DNA of 64,000 nt, taken from assembly GCF_009914755.1 (NCBI RefSeq), contig NC_060927.1; one strand, written 5' to 3'. The translations under genes and the position numbers were made by a program. Origin of the DNA: the human T2T-CHM13v2.0 reference genome, Homo sapiens. The notes under the pieces were generated by a model that saw nothing but the letters and a program-made list of their open reading frames with translations, did not search any database and had not been told where the DNA came from. Of this stretch, positions 49,301-61,254 are shown in pieces (the first letter of the stretch is position 1; every line of letters starts with the position of its first letter).

Positions 49301-52300
49301 CTGTACATAAAATATCAAAGTACACCAGATACATATTCTATAGTGTACATAAAATATCAAAGTACCCAAACTATACATTATATACTGTACATAAAATATG
49401 AAATTACATCAAATATATATTAGGTACATAAAATATGAAAGTACATCAAATATAGATTATATACTGTACATAAAATATCAAAGTACCCCAAATATATATT
49501 ATATACTCTACATGAAATATCAAAGTTCACAAACTATATATTATATACTGTACATAAAATATCAAAGTACCCAAGGTATATATTCTATACTGTACAAAAA
49601 ATATCAAAGTACCCAAAGGATGTATTATATACTGTACATAAAATATGAAAGTACATCAAATATATATTTTATTCTGTACATAAAATATCAAAGTACACCA
49701 GATATATATTCTATAGTGTGCATAAAATAACAAAGTACACAAACTATACATTATATACTGTACATAAAATATGAAATTACATCAAATATATTTTAGGTAC
49801 ATAAAATATGAAAGTACATCAAATATAGATTATATACTGTACATAAAATATCAATGTACCCCAAATATATATTTTATACTCTACATGAAATATCAAAGTT
49901 CAGAAACCATATATTATATACTGTACATAAAATATCAAAGTACCCAAGGTATATATTCTATACTATAAAAAAAATATCAAAGTACCCAAAGCCTGTGTTA
50001 TTTACTGTACATAAAATATGAAAGTACATCAAATATATATTTTATTCTGTACATAAAATATCAAAGTACACCAGATATATATTCTATAGTGTACATAATA
50101 TATCAAAATACCCAAACTATACATTATATACTGTACATAAAATATGAGATTACATCAAATATATATTATATTAGGTACATAAAATATGAAAGTACATCAA
50201 ATATAGATTATATACTGTGCATAAAATATCAAAGTACCCCAAATATATATTATATACTCTATATGAAATATCAAAGTTCACAAACTATATATTATATACT
50301 GTACATAAAATATCAAAGTACCCAAGGTATATATTCTATACTGTACAAAAAATATCAAAGTACCCAAAGCATGTATTATATACTGTATATAAAATAAGAA
50401 AGTACATTAAATACATATTTTATTCTGTACATAAAATATCAAAGTACACCAGATATATATTCTATAGCGTACATAAAATAACAAAGTACACAAACTATAA
50501 ATTATATACTGTACATAAAATATGAAATTACATCAAATATATATTAGGTACATAAAATATGAAAGTACATCAAATATAGATTATATACTGAACATATAAT
50601 ATCAATGTACCCCAAATATATATTTTATACTCTACATGAAATATCAAAGTTCAGAAACCATACATTATATACTGTACATAAAATATCAAAGTACCCAAGG
50701 TATATATTCTATAATGTACAAAAAATATCAAAGTACCCAAAGCATGTATTATATACTGTACATAAAATATGAAAGTACATCAAATATATATTTTATTCTG
50801 TACATAAAATATCAAAGTACACCAGATATATATTCTATAGTGTACATAAAATATCAAAGTACCCAAACTATACATTATATACTGTACATAAAATATGAAA
50901 TTACATCAAATATACATTAGGTACATAAAATATGAAAGTACATCAAATATAGATTATATACTGTACATAAAATATCAAAGTACCCCAAATATATATTATA
51001 TACTCTACATGAAATATCAAATTTCACAAACTATATATTATATACTGTACATAAAATATCAAAGTACCCAAGGTATATATTCTATACTGTACAAAAAATA
51101 TCAAAGTACCCAAAGCATGTATTATATATTGTATATAAAATATGAAAGTACATTAAAGATATATTTTATTCTGTACATAAAATATCAAAGTACACCAGAT
51201 ATATATTCTATAGTGTACATAAAATAACAAAGTACACAAACTATAAATTATATACTGTACATAAAATATGAAATTACATCAAATATATATTAGGTACATA
51301 AAATATGAAAGTACATCAAATATAGATTATATACTGTATATAAAATATCAATGTACCCCAAATATATATTTTATACTCTACATGAAATATCAAAGTTCAC
51401 AAACCATATATTATATACTGTACATAAAATATCAAAGTACCCAAGGTATATATTCTATACTATACAAAAAATATCAAAGTACCCAAAGCATGTATTATAC
51501 ACTGTACATAAAATATGAAAGTACATCAAATATATATTTTATTCTGTACATAAAATATCAAAGTACACTAGATATATATTCTATAGTGTACATAAAATAT
51601 CAAAATACCCAAACTATACATTATATACTGTACATAAAATACGAGATTACATCAAATATATATTATATTAGGTACATAAAATATGAAAGTACATCAAATA
51701 TAGATTATATACTGTACATAAAATATCAAAGTACCCCGAATATATATTATATACTCTACATGAAATATCAAAGTTCACAAACTATATATTATATACTGTA
51801 CATAAAATATCAAAGTACCCAAGGTATATATTCTATACTGTACAAAAGATATCAAAGTACCCAAAGCATGTATTATATACTGTATATAAAATATGAAAGT
51901 ACATTAAATATATATTTTATTCTGTACATAAAATATCAAAGTACACCAGATATATATTCTATAGTGTAGATAAAATAACAAAGTACACAAACTATAAATT
52001 ATATACTGTACATAAAATATGAAATTACATCAAATATATATTAGGTACATAAAATATGAAAGTACATCAAATATAGATTATATACTGAACATATAATATC
52101 AATGTACCCCAAATATATATTTGATACTCTACATGAAATATCAAAGTTCAGAAACCATACATTATATACTGTACATAAAATATCAAAGTTCCCAAGGTAT
52201 ATATTCTATACTGTACAAAAAATATCAAAGTACCCAAAGCATGTATTATATACTGTACATAATATATGAAAGTACATCAAATATATATTTTATTCTGTAC

Positions 52301-55300
52301 ATAAAATATCAAAGTACACCAGATATATATTCTATAGTGTACATAAAATATCAAAGAACCCAAACTATACATTATATACTGTACATAAAATATGAAATTA
52401 CATCAAATATATATTAGGTACATAAAATATGAAAGTATATCAAATATAGATTATATATTGTACATAAAATATCAAAGTACCCCAAATATATATTATATAC
52501 TCTACATGAAATATCAAAGTTCACAAACTATATATTATATACTGTACATAAAATATCAAAGTACCCAAGGTATATATTCTATACTGTACAAAAAATATCA
52601 AGGTACCCAAAGCATGTATTATATACTGTACATAAAATATGAAAGTACATCAAATATATATTTTATTCTGTACATAAAATATCAAAGTACACCAGATATA
52701 TATTCTATAGTGTACATAAAATAACAAAGTACACAAACTATACATTATATACTGTACATAAAATATGAAATTACATCAAATATATATTAGGTACATAAAA
52801 TATGAAAGAACATTAAACATAGATTATATACTGTACAAAAAATATCAAAGTACCCCAAATATATATTATATACTCTACATGAAATATCAAAGTTCACAAA
52901 CTATATATTATATACTGTACATAAAATATCAAAGTACCCAAGGTATATATTCTATACTGTAAAAAAAATATCAGAGTACCCAAAGCATGTATTATATACT
53001 GTACATAAAATATGAAAGTACATCAAATATATATTTAATTCTGTACTTAATATATCAAAGTACACCGGATATATATTCTATAGTGTACATAAAATAACAA
53101 AGTACACAAACTATAAATTATATACTGTACATAAAATATGAAATTACATCAAATATATATTAGGTACATAAAATATGAAAGTACATCAAATATAGATTAT
53201 ATACTGTACATAAAATATCAATGTACCCCAAATATATATTTTATACTATACATGAAATATCAAAGTTCACAAACCATATTTTGTATACTGTACATAAAAT
53301 ATCAAAGTACCCAAGGTATATATTTTATACTCTACAAAAAATATCAAAATACCCAAAGCATGTATTATATACTGTACATAAAATATGAAAGTACATCGAA
53401 TATATATTTTATTCTGTACATAAAATATCAAAGTACACCAGATATATATTCTATAGTGTACATAAAATATCAAAGTACCCAAACTATACATTATATTCTG
53501 TACATAAAATATGAAATTACATCAAATATATATTAGGTACATAAAATATGAAAGTACATCAAATATAGATTATATACTGTACATAAAATATCAAAGTACC
53601 CCAAATATATATTATATACTCTACATGAAATATCAAAGTTCACAAACTATATATTATATTCTGTACATAAAATATGAAATTACATCAAATATATAGTATA
53701 TTAGGTACATAAAATATGAAAGTACATCAAATATATATTTTATTCTGTACATAAAATATCAAAGAACACCAGATATATATTCTATAGTGTACATAAAATA
53801 TCAAAGTACCCAAACTATACATTATATACTGTACATAAAATATGAAATTACATCATATATATATTAGGTACATAAAATATGAAAGTACATCAAATATATA
53901 TTTTATTCTGTACATAAAATATCAAAGTACACCAGATATATATTCTATAGTGTACTTAAAATAACAAAGTACACAAACTATAAATTATATACTGTACATA
54001 AAATATGAAATTACATCAAATATATATTAGGTACATAAAATATGAAAGTACATCAAATATAGATTATATACTGTACATATAATATCAATGTACCCGAAAT
54101 ATATATTTTATACTCTACATGAAATATCAAAGTTCACAAACCATATATTGTATACTGCACATAAAATATCAAAATACCCAAGGTATATATTCTATACTGT
54201 ACAAAAAATATCAAAGTACCCAAAGCAGGTATTATATACTGTATATAAAATATGAAACTACATCAAATATATATTTTATTCTGTACATAAAATATCAAAG
54301 TACACCAGATATATATTCTATAGTGTACATAAAATATGAAGGTACCCAAACTATACATTATATACTGTACATAAAATATGAAATTACATCAAATATATAT
54401 TATATTAGGTACATAAAATACGAAAGTACATCAAATATAGATTATATACTGTACATAAAATATCAAAGTACCCCAATATATATTATATACTGTACATGAA
54501 ATATCAAAGTTCACAAACTATATATTATGTACTGTACATAAAATATCAAAGTACCCAAGGTATATATTCTATACTGTACAAAAAATATCAAAGTACCCAA
54601 AGCATGTATTATATAATGTACATAAAATATGAAAGTACATCAAATATATATTTTATTCTGTACATAAAATGTCAAAGAACACCAGATATATATTCTATAG
54701 TGTACATAAAATATCAAAGTACCCAAACTATACATTATATACTGTACATAAAATATGAAATTACATCATATATATATTAGGTACATAAAATATGAAAGTA
54801 CATCAAATATATATTTTATTCTGTACATAAAATATCAAAGTACACCAGATATATATTCTATAGTGTACATAAAATAACAAAGTACACAAACTATAAATTA
54901 TATACTGTACATAAAATATGAAATTACATCAAATATATATTAGGTACATAAAATATGAAAGTACATCAAATATAGATTATATACTGTACATATAATATCA
55001 ATGTACCCGAAATATATATTTTATACTCTACATGAAATATCAAAGTTCACAAACCATATATTGTATACTGCACATAAAATATCAAAATACCCAAGGTATA
55101 TATTCTATACTGTACAAAAAATATCAAAGTACCCAAAGCAGGTATTATATACTGTACATAAAATATGAAAGTACATCAAATATATATTTTATTCTGTACA
55201 TAAAATATCAAAGTACACCAGATATATATTCTATAGCGTACATAAAATATCAAAGTACACAAACTATACATTATATACTGTACATAAAATATGAAATTAC

Positions 55301-55460
55301 ATCAAATATATATTATATTAGGTATATAAAATATGAAAGTACATCAAATATAGATTATATACTGTAAATATAATATTATTGTACCCCAAATATATATTTT
55401 ATACTCTACATGAAATATCAAAGTTCAGAAACCATATATTATATACTGTACATAAAATAT
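46381..55460 (+). repeat. HSat1A ~9.1-kb block A', near-identical to 7269-16350 and ending at the alpha junction
   Basis: Seen: shared rare alleles such as GAGTATCCAA (9749/48861), GCCTGTGTTA (10879/49991) and ATATTATTGTACCCC (16261/55373). Confidence 0.9.
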
Positions 55461-55568
55461 GAAAGTACATCAACTCTGCTGTTTCTAAAGGAAGGTTCAA
55501 CTCTGTGAGTTGAATACACACACAAAGAAGCTACTGAGAATTCTTTTGTCAAGAATTATAAGAAGAAA

Positions 55569-55585
55569 TCCCGTTTCCAACGAAG
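55569..55585 (-). promoter_or_regulatory. CENP-B box, canonical
   Basis: TCCCGTTTCCAACGAAG on +, i.e. CTTCGTTGGAAACGGGA on -. Repeated at 58460 and 61352. Confidence 0.97.
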
Positions 55586-55909
55586 GCCTCAAAGAGTTCC
55601 AAATATCCACTTGCACACTGCACAAACTAAGTCTTTCCAAACTGCTCTATGCAAAGAAATGTTCAACTCTGTGAGTTTAATACACACATCACAAAGCAGT
55701 TTCTGAGAATGATACTGTCTAGTTTTTATACGAAGATATTTCCTTTTGTACCATTGGCCTCATACTGCTAGAATTTTCCACTTGCAAATTCCACAAAAAG
55801 AGTGTTTCCAATCCGCTCTGTCTAAAGGAAGGTTCAACTCTCTGATTTGAATACATACATCCCAAAAGAAGTTACTGAGAATTCTTCTGTCTAGCATTAT
55901 GTGAAGAAA

Positions 55910-55926
55910 TCCCGTTTCCAACGAAA
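55910..55926 (-). promoter_or_regulatory. CENP-B box, core intact
   Basis: TCCCGTTTCCAACGAAA; the 9 essential bases (TTCG....A..CGGG) are retained. Repeated at 58801 and 61693. Confidence 0.95.
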
Positions 55927-56250
55927 GCCTCAAAGAGGTCCAAATATCCAGTTGCAGAATTTACAAACTGACTGTTTCCAAACTCATCTATGAAAAGAAA
56001 GGTTAAACTCTGGGAGTTGAATGCACATATCACAAAGTAGTTCCTGAGAATGATTCTGTCTAGTTTTCATACGAAGATATTTCCTTTTCCACCAATGGCC
56101 TCAAAGTGCTTGAAATCTCCCCTTGCAAATTCCACAGACAAGTGTCTCAAATCTGCACTGTCTAAAGGAAGGTTCAACCCTGTGAGTTGAATACACACAC
56201 ACAGAAAAAAATTCACTGAGAATTCTATTGTCTATCATTACACGAAGAAA

Positions 56251-56267
56251 TCCCGTTTACTACGAAG
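56251..56267 (-). promoter_or_regulatory. CENP-B box, variant spacer, core intact
   Basis: TCCCGTTTACTACGAAG; two substitutions fall in non-essential positions. Repeated at 59142 and 62034. Confidence 0.88.
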
Positions 56268-56589
56268 GCCTCAAAGAGGTCCAAATATCCAGCTGCAGAC
56301 ATTACAAACTGAGTGTTTGCAAAGTGCTCTATGAAAAGAAGTGTTAAACACTGTGAGTTCAATGCACACATCCCAAAGCAGTTTCTGAGAATGATGCCGT
56401 CTATTTTTTCTACGAAGATATTTCCTTTTCTGCCGTTGGCCTCAAAGCGCTTGAAATCTCCACTTGCAAATTCCACAAAAAGAGAGTTTCAAATCTGCTC
56501 TGTCTAAAGGAAGGTTCAACTCTGTGAGTTGAATACACACCACAAAAAGAAGTTACTGAGAATTCTTTTGTCTAGCATTATATGAAAAA

Positions 56590-56606
56590 TCCCGTTTCCA
56601 ACGAAG
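56590..56606 (-). promoter_or_regulatory. CENP-B box, canonical
   Basis: TCCCGTTTCCAACGAAG. Repeated at 59481 and 62373. Confidence 0.97.
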
Positions 56607-56927
56607 GCCACAAAGAGGTCCAAATATCCACTTGCAGATTATGCAAAAAGAGTGTTTCCAAACTGCTCTATGAAAAGAAACGTTAAACTCTGTGAGTTGA
56701 ACGCAAACATCACAAAGTAGTTTCTGAGAATGACTCCGTCTAGTTTTTATACGAAGATATTTCCTTTCCTACCATTCACTTCAAAGCGCTTGAAGTCTCC
56801 CCCTGAAAATTCCACAAAAAGTGTTTCCAATCTGCTCCGCCTAAAGGAAGCTTCAACTCTGTGACTTGAATACCCACAACCCAAAGAAGTTACTGAGAAT
56901 TCTTCTGTCTAGCATTATATGAAGAAA

Positions 56928-56944
56928 TCCCGTTTCCAACGAAG
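56928..56944 (-). promoter_or_regulatory. CENP-B box, canonical
   Basis: TCCCGTTTCCAACGAAG. Repeated at 59819 and 62711. Confidence 0.97.
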
Positions 56945-57266
56945 GCCTCAAATACATCCAAATATCCAGTTGCTGACTTTACAAACTGAGTGTTTCCAAA
57001 CTGCTCTATGAAAAGAAAGGTTAAACACTGTGAGTTGAACACACACGTACCAAAGTAGTTTCTGAGAATGATTCTGTCTAGTTTGCATACGAAGATATTT
57101 CCTTTTCTACCATTGGCCTCAAAGCTCTGAAATCTCCACTTGCAAATTCCACAAAAAGAGAGTTTCAAATCTGCTGTTTCTAAAGGAAAGTTCAACTCTG
57201 AGAGTTGAATACACACCAGAAAAAGCAGTTACTGAGAAGTCTTCTGTCTAGCATTATATGAAGAAA

Positions 57267-57283
57267 TCCCATTTCCAACGAAG
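57267..57283 (-). promoter_or_regulatory. Degenerate CENP-B box (CGGG->TGGG), predicted non-binding
   Basis: TCCCATTTCCAACGAAG; an essential CpG is lost. Same allele at 60158 and 63050. Confidence 0.9.
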
Positions 57284-57607
57284 ACTTCAAAGAGGTCCAA
57301 ATATCCACTTGCAGATTCTGCAAAAAGAGTGTTTCGAAACAACTGTATGAAAAGAAAGGTTAAACACTGTGAGTTGAACGCACACATTGCAAAGCGGTTT
57401 CTGAGAATGATTCCGTCTAATTATTATACGAAGGTATTTCCTTTTCTATCATTGGCCTCAAAGCGCTTGATACCTCCACCTGAAAATTCCACAAAAAGAG
57501 TGTTTCCAATCTACTCTGTCTAAAGGAACGTTCAACTCTGTGAGTTGAATACACACACACAGAAAGAATTCACTGAGAATTCTTCTGTCTGGCATTACAT
57601 GAAGAAA

Positions 57608-57624
57608 TCCCGTTTCCAACGAAG
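57608..57624 (-). promoter_or_regulatory. CENP-B box, canonical
   Basis: TCCCGTTTCCAACGAAG. Repeated at 60499 and 63391. Confidence 0.97.
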
Positions 57625-58121
57625 GCCTCAAAGAGGTCCAAATATCCACTTGCAGATTCTGCAAAAAGAGTGTTTCAAAACCGCTCCATTAAAAGGAATG
57701 TTGAACTCTGTGAGTTGAATGCAAACATCACAACTCAGTTGCTGAGAATGCTTCTGACTAGATTTTATGGTAAGATATTTCCTTTTCTACCGTAGGCTTC
57801 AATGCCCTCTAAATACACCCTTGCAAATTCTACAAAGAGACTGTTTCATAACTGCTCTATAGGAAGAAAGGTTGAACTCTGTGAGTTGAATGCAGAGATC
57901 ACAACGTGGTTTCTGCGAATGATTCTTTGTAGTTTTTACATGAAGATATTTCGTTGTCAACCATAGGCTTCAAAGCACTCAAAGTATTCACTTGGAACTT
58001 TTACAAAAAGAGTGTTAGAAAACTGCTCTTTCCAAAGTAAGGTTCAACTCTGTGAGTTGAATGCACACATAACAATCAAGAAGTTTCTGAGAATTCTTCT
58101 GTCCTGGTTTATATGAAAAAA

Positions 58122-58138
58122 TCCCGTTTCCAACGAAG
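58122..58138 (-). promoter_or_regulatory. CENP-B box, canonical
   Basis: TCCCGTTTCCAACGAAG, 514 bp (three monomers) after the previous box. Repeated at 61013 and 63905. Confidence 0.97.
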
Positions 58139-58363
58139 GCCTCAAAGACGTTTAAATATCCACTTGCAGACTTCACAAACAGAGGGTTTCCAAACTGCTC
58201 TATGAAAAGAAAGGTTAAACTCTGTGAGTTGAACGCACACATCACAAAGTAGCTTCTGAGAATGATACTGTCTAGTTTTTATACGAAGATATTTCCCTTC
58301 TACCATTGGCGTCAAAGCGCTAGAATTCTCCACTTGCAAATTCCACAAAAAGAGTGTTTCCAA

Positions 58364-61254
58364 TCTGCTCTGTCTAAAGGAAGGTTCAACTCTGTGAGTT
58401 GAATACACACACACAAAGAAGCTACTGAGAATTCTTTTGTCAAGAATTATAAGAAGAAATCCCGTTTCCAACGAAGGCCTCAAAGAGTTCCAAATATCCA
58501 CTTGCACACTGCACAAACTAAGTCTTTCCAAACTGCTCTATGCAAAGAAATGTTCAACTCTGTGAGTTTAATACACACATCACAAAGCAGTTTCTGAGAA
58601 TGATACTGTCTAGTTTTTATACGAAGATATTTCCTTTTGTACCATTGGCCTCATACTGCTAGAATTTTCCACTTGCAAATTCCACAAAAAGAGTGTTTCC
58701 AATCCGTTCTGTCTAAAGGAAGGTTCAACTCTCTGATTTGAATACATACATCCCAAAAGAAGTTACTGAGAATTCTTCTGTCTAGCATTATGTGAAGAAA
58801 TCCCGTTTCCAACGAAAGCCTCAAAGAGGTCCAAATATCCAGTTGCAGAATTTACAAACTGACTGTTTCCAAACTCATCTATGAAAAGAAAGGTTAAACT
58901 CTGGGAGTTGAATGCACATATCACAAAGTAGTTCCTGAGAATGATTCTGTCTAGTTTTCATACGAAGATATTTCCTTTTCCACCAATGGCCTCAAAGTGC
59001 TTGAAATCTCCCCTTGCAAATTCCACAGACAAGTGTCTCAAATCTGCACTGTCTAAAGGAAGGTTCAACCCTGTGAGTTGAATACACACACACAGAAAAA
59101 AATTCACTGAGAATTCTATTGTCTATCATTACACGAAGAAATCCCGTTTACTACGAAGGCCTCAAAGAGGTCCAAATATCCAGCTGCAGACATTACAAAC
59201 TGAGTGTTTCCAAAGTGCTCTATGAAAAGAAGTGTTAAACACTGTGAGTTCAATGCACACATCCCAAAGCAGTTTCTGAGAATGATTCCGTCTATTTTTT
59301 CTACGAAGATATTTCCTTTTCTGCCGTTGGCCTCAAAGCGCTTGAAATCTCCACTTGCAAATTCCACAAAAAGAGAGTTTCAAATCTGCTCTGTCTAAAG
59401 GAAGGTTCAACTCTGTGAGTTGAATACACACCACAAAAAGAAGTTACTGAGAATTCTTCTGTCTAGCATTATATGAAAAATCCCGTTTCCAACGAAGGCC
59501 ACAAAGAGGTCCAAATATCCACTTGCAGATTCTGCAAAAAGAGTGTTTCCAAACTGCTCTATGAAAAGAAACGTTAAACTCTGTGAGTTGAACGCAAACA
59601 TCACAAAGTAGTTTCTGAGAATGACTCCGTCTAGTTTTTATACGAAGATATTTCCTTTCCTACCATTCACTTCAAAGCGCTTGAAGTCTCCCCCTGAAAA
59701 TTCCACAAAAAGTGTTTCCAATCTGCTCCGCCTAAAGGAAGCTTCAACTCTGTGACTTGAATACCCACAACCCAAAGAAGTTACTGAGAATTCTTCTGTC
59801 TAGCATTATATGAAGAAATCCCGTTTCCAACGAAGGCCTCAAATACATCCAAATATCCAGTTGCTGACTTTACAAACTGAGTGTTTCCAAACTGCTCTAT
59901 GAAAAGAAAGGTTAAACACTGTGAGTTGAACACACACGTACCAAAGTAGTTTCTGAGAATGATTCTGTCTAGTTTGCATACGAAGATATTTCCTTTTCTA
60001 CCATTGGCCTCAAAGCTCTGAAATCTCCACTTGCAAATTCCACAAAAAGAGAGTTTCAAATCTGCTGTTTCTAAAGGAAAGTTCAACTCTGAGAGTTGAA
60101 TACACACCAGAAAAAGCAGTTACTGAGAAGTCTTCTGTCTAGCATTATATGAAGAAATCCCATTTCCAACGAAGACTTCAAAGAGGTCCAAATATCCACT
60201 TGCAGATTCTGCAAAAAGAGTGTTTCGAAACAACTGTATGAAAAGAAAGGTTAAACACTGTGAGTTGAACGCACACATTGCAAAGCGGTTTCTGAGAATG
60301 ATTCCGTCTAATTATTATACGAAGGTATTTCCTTTTCTATCATTGGCCTCAAAGCGCTTGATACCTCCACCTGAAAATTCCACAAAAAGAGTGTTTCCAA
60401 TCTACTCTGTCTAAAGGAACGTTCAACTCTGTGAGTTGAATACACACACACAGAAAGAATTCACTGAGAATTCTTCTGTCTGGCAGTACATGAAGAAATC
60501 CCGTTTCCAACGAAGGCCTCAAAGAGGTCCAAATATCCACTTGCAGATTCTGCAAAAAGAGTGTTTCAAAACCGCTCCATTAAAAGGAATGTTGAACTCT
60601 GTGAGTTGAATGCAAACATCACAACTCAGTTTCTGAGAATGCTTCTGACTAGATTTTATGGTAAGATATTTCCTTTTCTACCGTAGGCTTCAATGCCCTC
60701 TAAATACACCCTTGCAAATTCTACAAAGAGACTGTTTCATAACTGCTCTATAGGAAGAAAGGTTGAACTCTGTGAGTTGAATGCAGAGATCACAACGTGG
60801 TTTCTGCGAATGATTCTTTGTAGTTTTTACATGAAGATATTTCGTTGTCAACCGTAGGCTTCAAAGCACTCAAAGTATTCACTTGGAACTTTTACAAAAA
60901 GAGTGTTAGAAAACTGCTCTTTCCAAAGTAAGGTTCAACTCTGTGAGTTGAATGCACACATAACAATCAAGAAGTTTCTGAGAATTCTTCTGTCCTGGTT
61001 TATATGAAAAAATCCCGTTTCCAACGAAGGCCTCAAAGACGTTTAAATATCCACTTGCAGACTTCACAAACAGAGGGTTTCCAAACTGCTCTATGAAAAG
61101 AAAGGTTAAACTCTGTGAGTTGAACGCACACATCACAAAGTAGCTTCTGAGAATGATACTGTCTAGTTTTTATACGAAGATATTTCCTTTCTACCATTGG
61201 CGTCAAAGCGCTAGAATTCTCCACTTGCAAATTCCACAAAAAGAGTGTTTCCAA
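58364..61254 (-). repeat. 17-mer HOR copy 2 (2891 bp)
   Basis: Seen: box positions at 58460, 58801, 59142, 59481, 59819, 60158 (mutated), 60499, 61013, each exactly 2891 bp from copy 1. Confidence 0.95.

Larger units (their letters stand above)
1..55473 (+). repeat. Human Satellite 1A (HSat1A / SAR) array, 42-bp monomer, 378/373-bp 9-mer unit; open at the left edge
   Basis: Seen: continuous tandem 42-mers such as GTACATAAAATATCAAA (17 bp) + GTACCCAAACTATACATTATATACT (25 bp), about 1,300 monomers, A-rich and G-poor on +. Nine monomer types recur in order, with 25-bp parts starting GTTCACAAAC (M1), GTACCCAAGG (M2), GTACCCAAAGC (M3), GTACATCAAATATATATTTT (M4), GTACACCAG (M5), GTACCCAAAC (M6), TTACATC (M7), GTACATCAAATATAG (M8), GTACCCC (M9). 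Established: RsaI-cut 17+25 bp subunits and a 378-bp period define HSat1A. Confidence 0.98.
55475..58363 (-). repeat. 17-mer HOR copy 1 (2889 bp, junction-proximal)
   Basis: Seen: starts TCTGCTGTTTCTAAAGGAAGG; the homologous start recurs at 58364. Two bp shorter than copy 2 because of (AC)4 versus (AC)5 near 55516. Confidence 0.95.

Noticed and set aside
128-55367. Over a hundred Tyr/Ile/Lys-rich + strand ORFs (MKYQSSQTIYYILYIK..., up to 378 aa at 16298-17434)
   Set aside because: 42 and 378 are multiples of 3 and one frame of the consensus lacks stops, so ORFs arise automatically. They are broken at random by the 5-bp deletion and TAA variants and show no domain or gene structure.
1-55473. 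CRISPR-like appearance of a conserved 17-bp part alternating with a variable 25-bp part
   Set aside because: The 25-bp parts are mutually homologous and cycle every 9 units. There are no unique spacers or cas genes, and the context is a human centromere.
1-55473. HSat1B, HSat2/3 or simple (TA)n microsatellite
   Set aside because: There is no Alu-containing 2.4-kb unit and no CATTC pentamers, and the TA runs are short fixed parts of the 42-mer.
1-55473. TATA-like boxes and short palindromes (TGTACA, ATATATAT) as promoters or hairpins
   Set aside because: They are expected by chance in a roughly 78% AT repeat, with no long inverted repeat or other supporting context.
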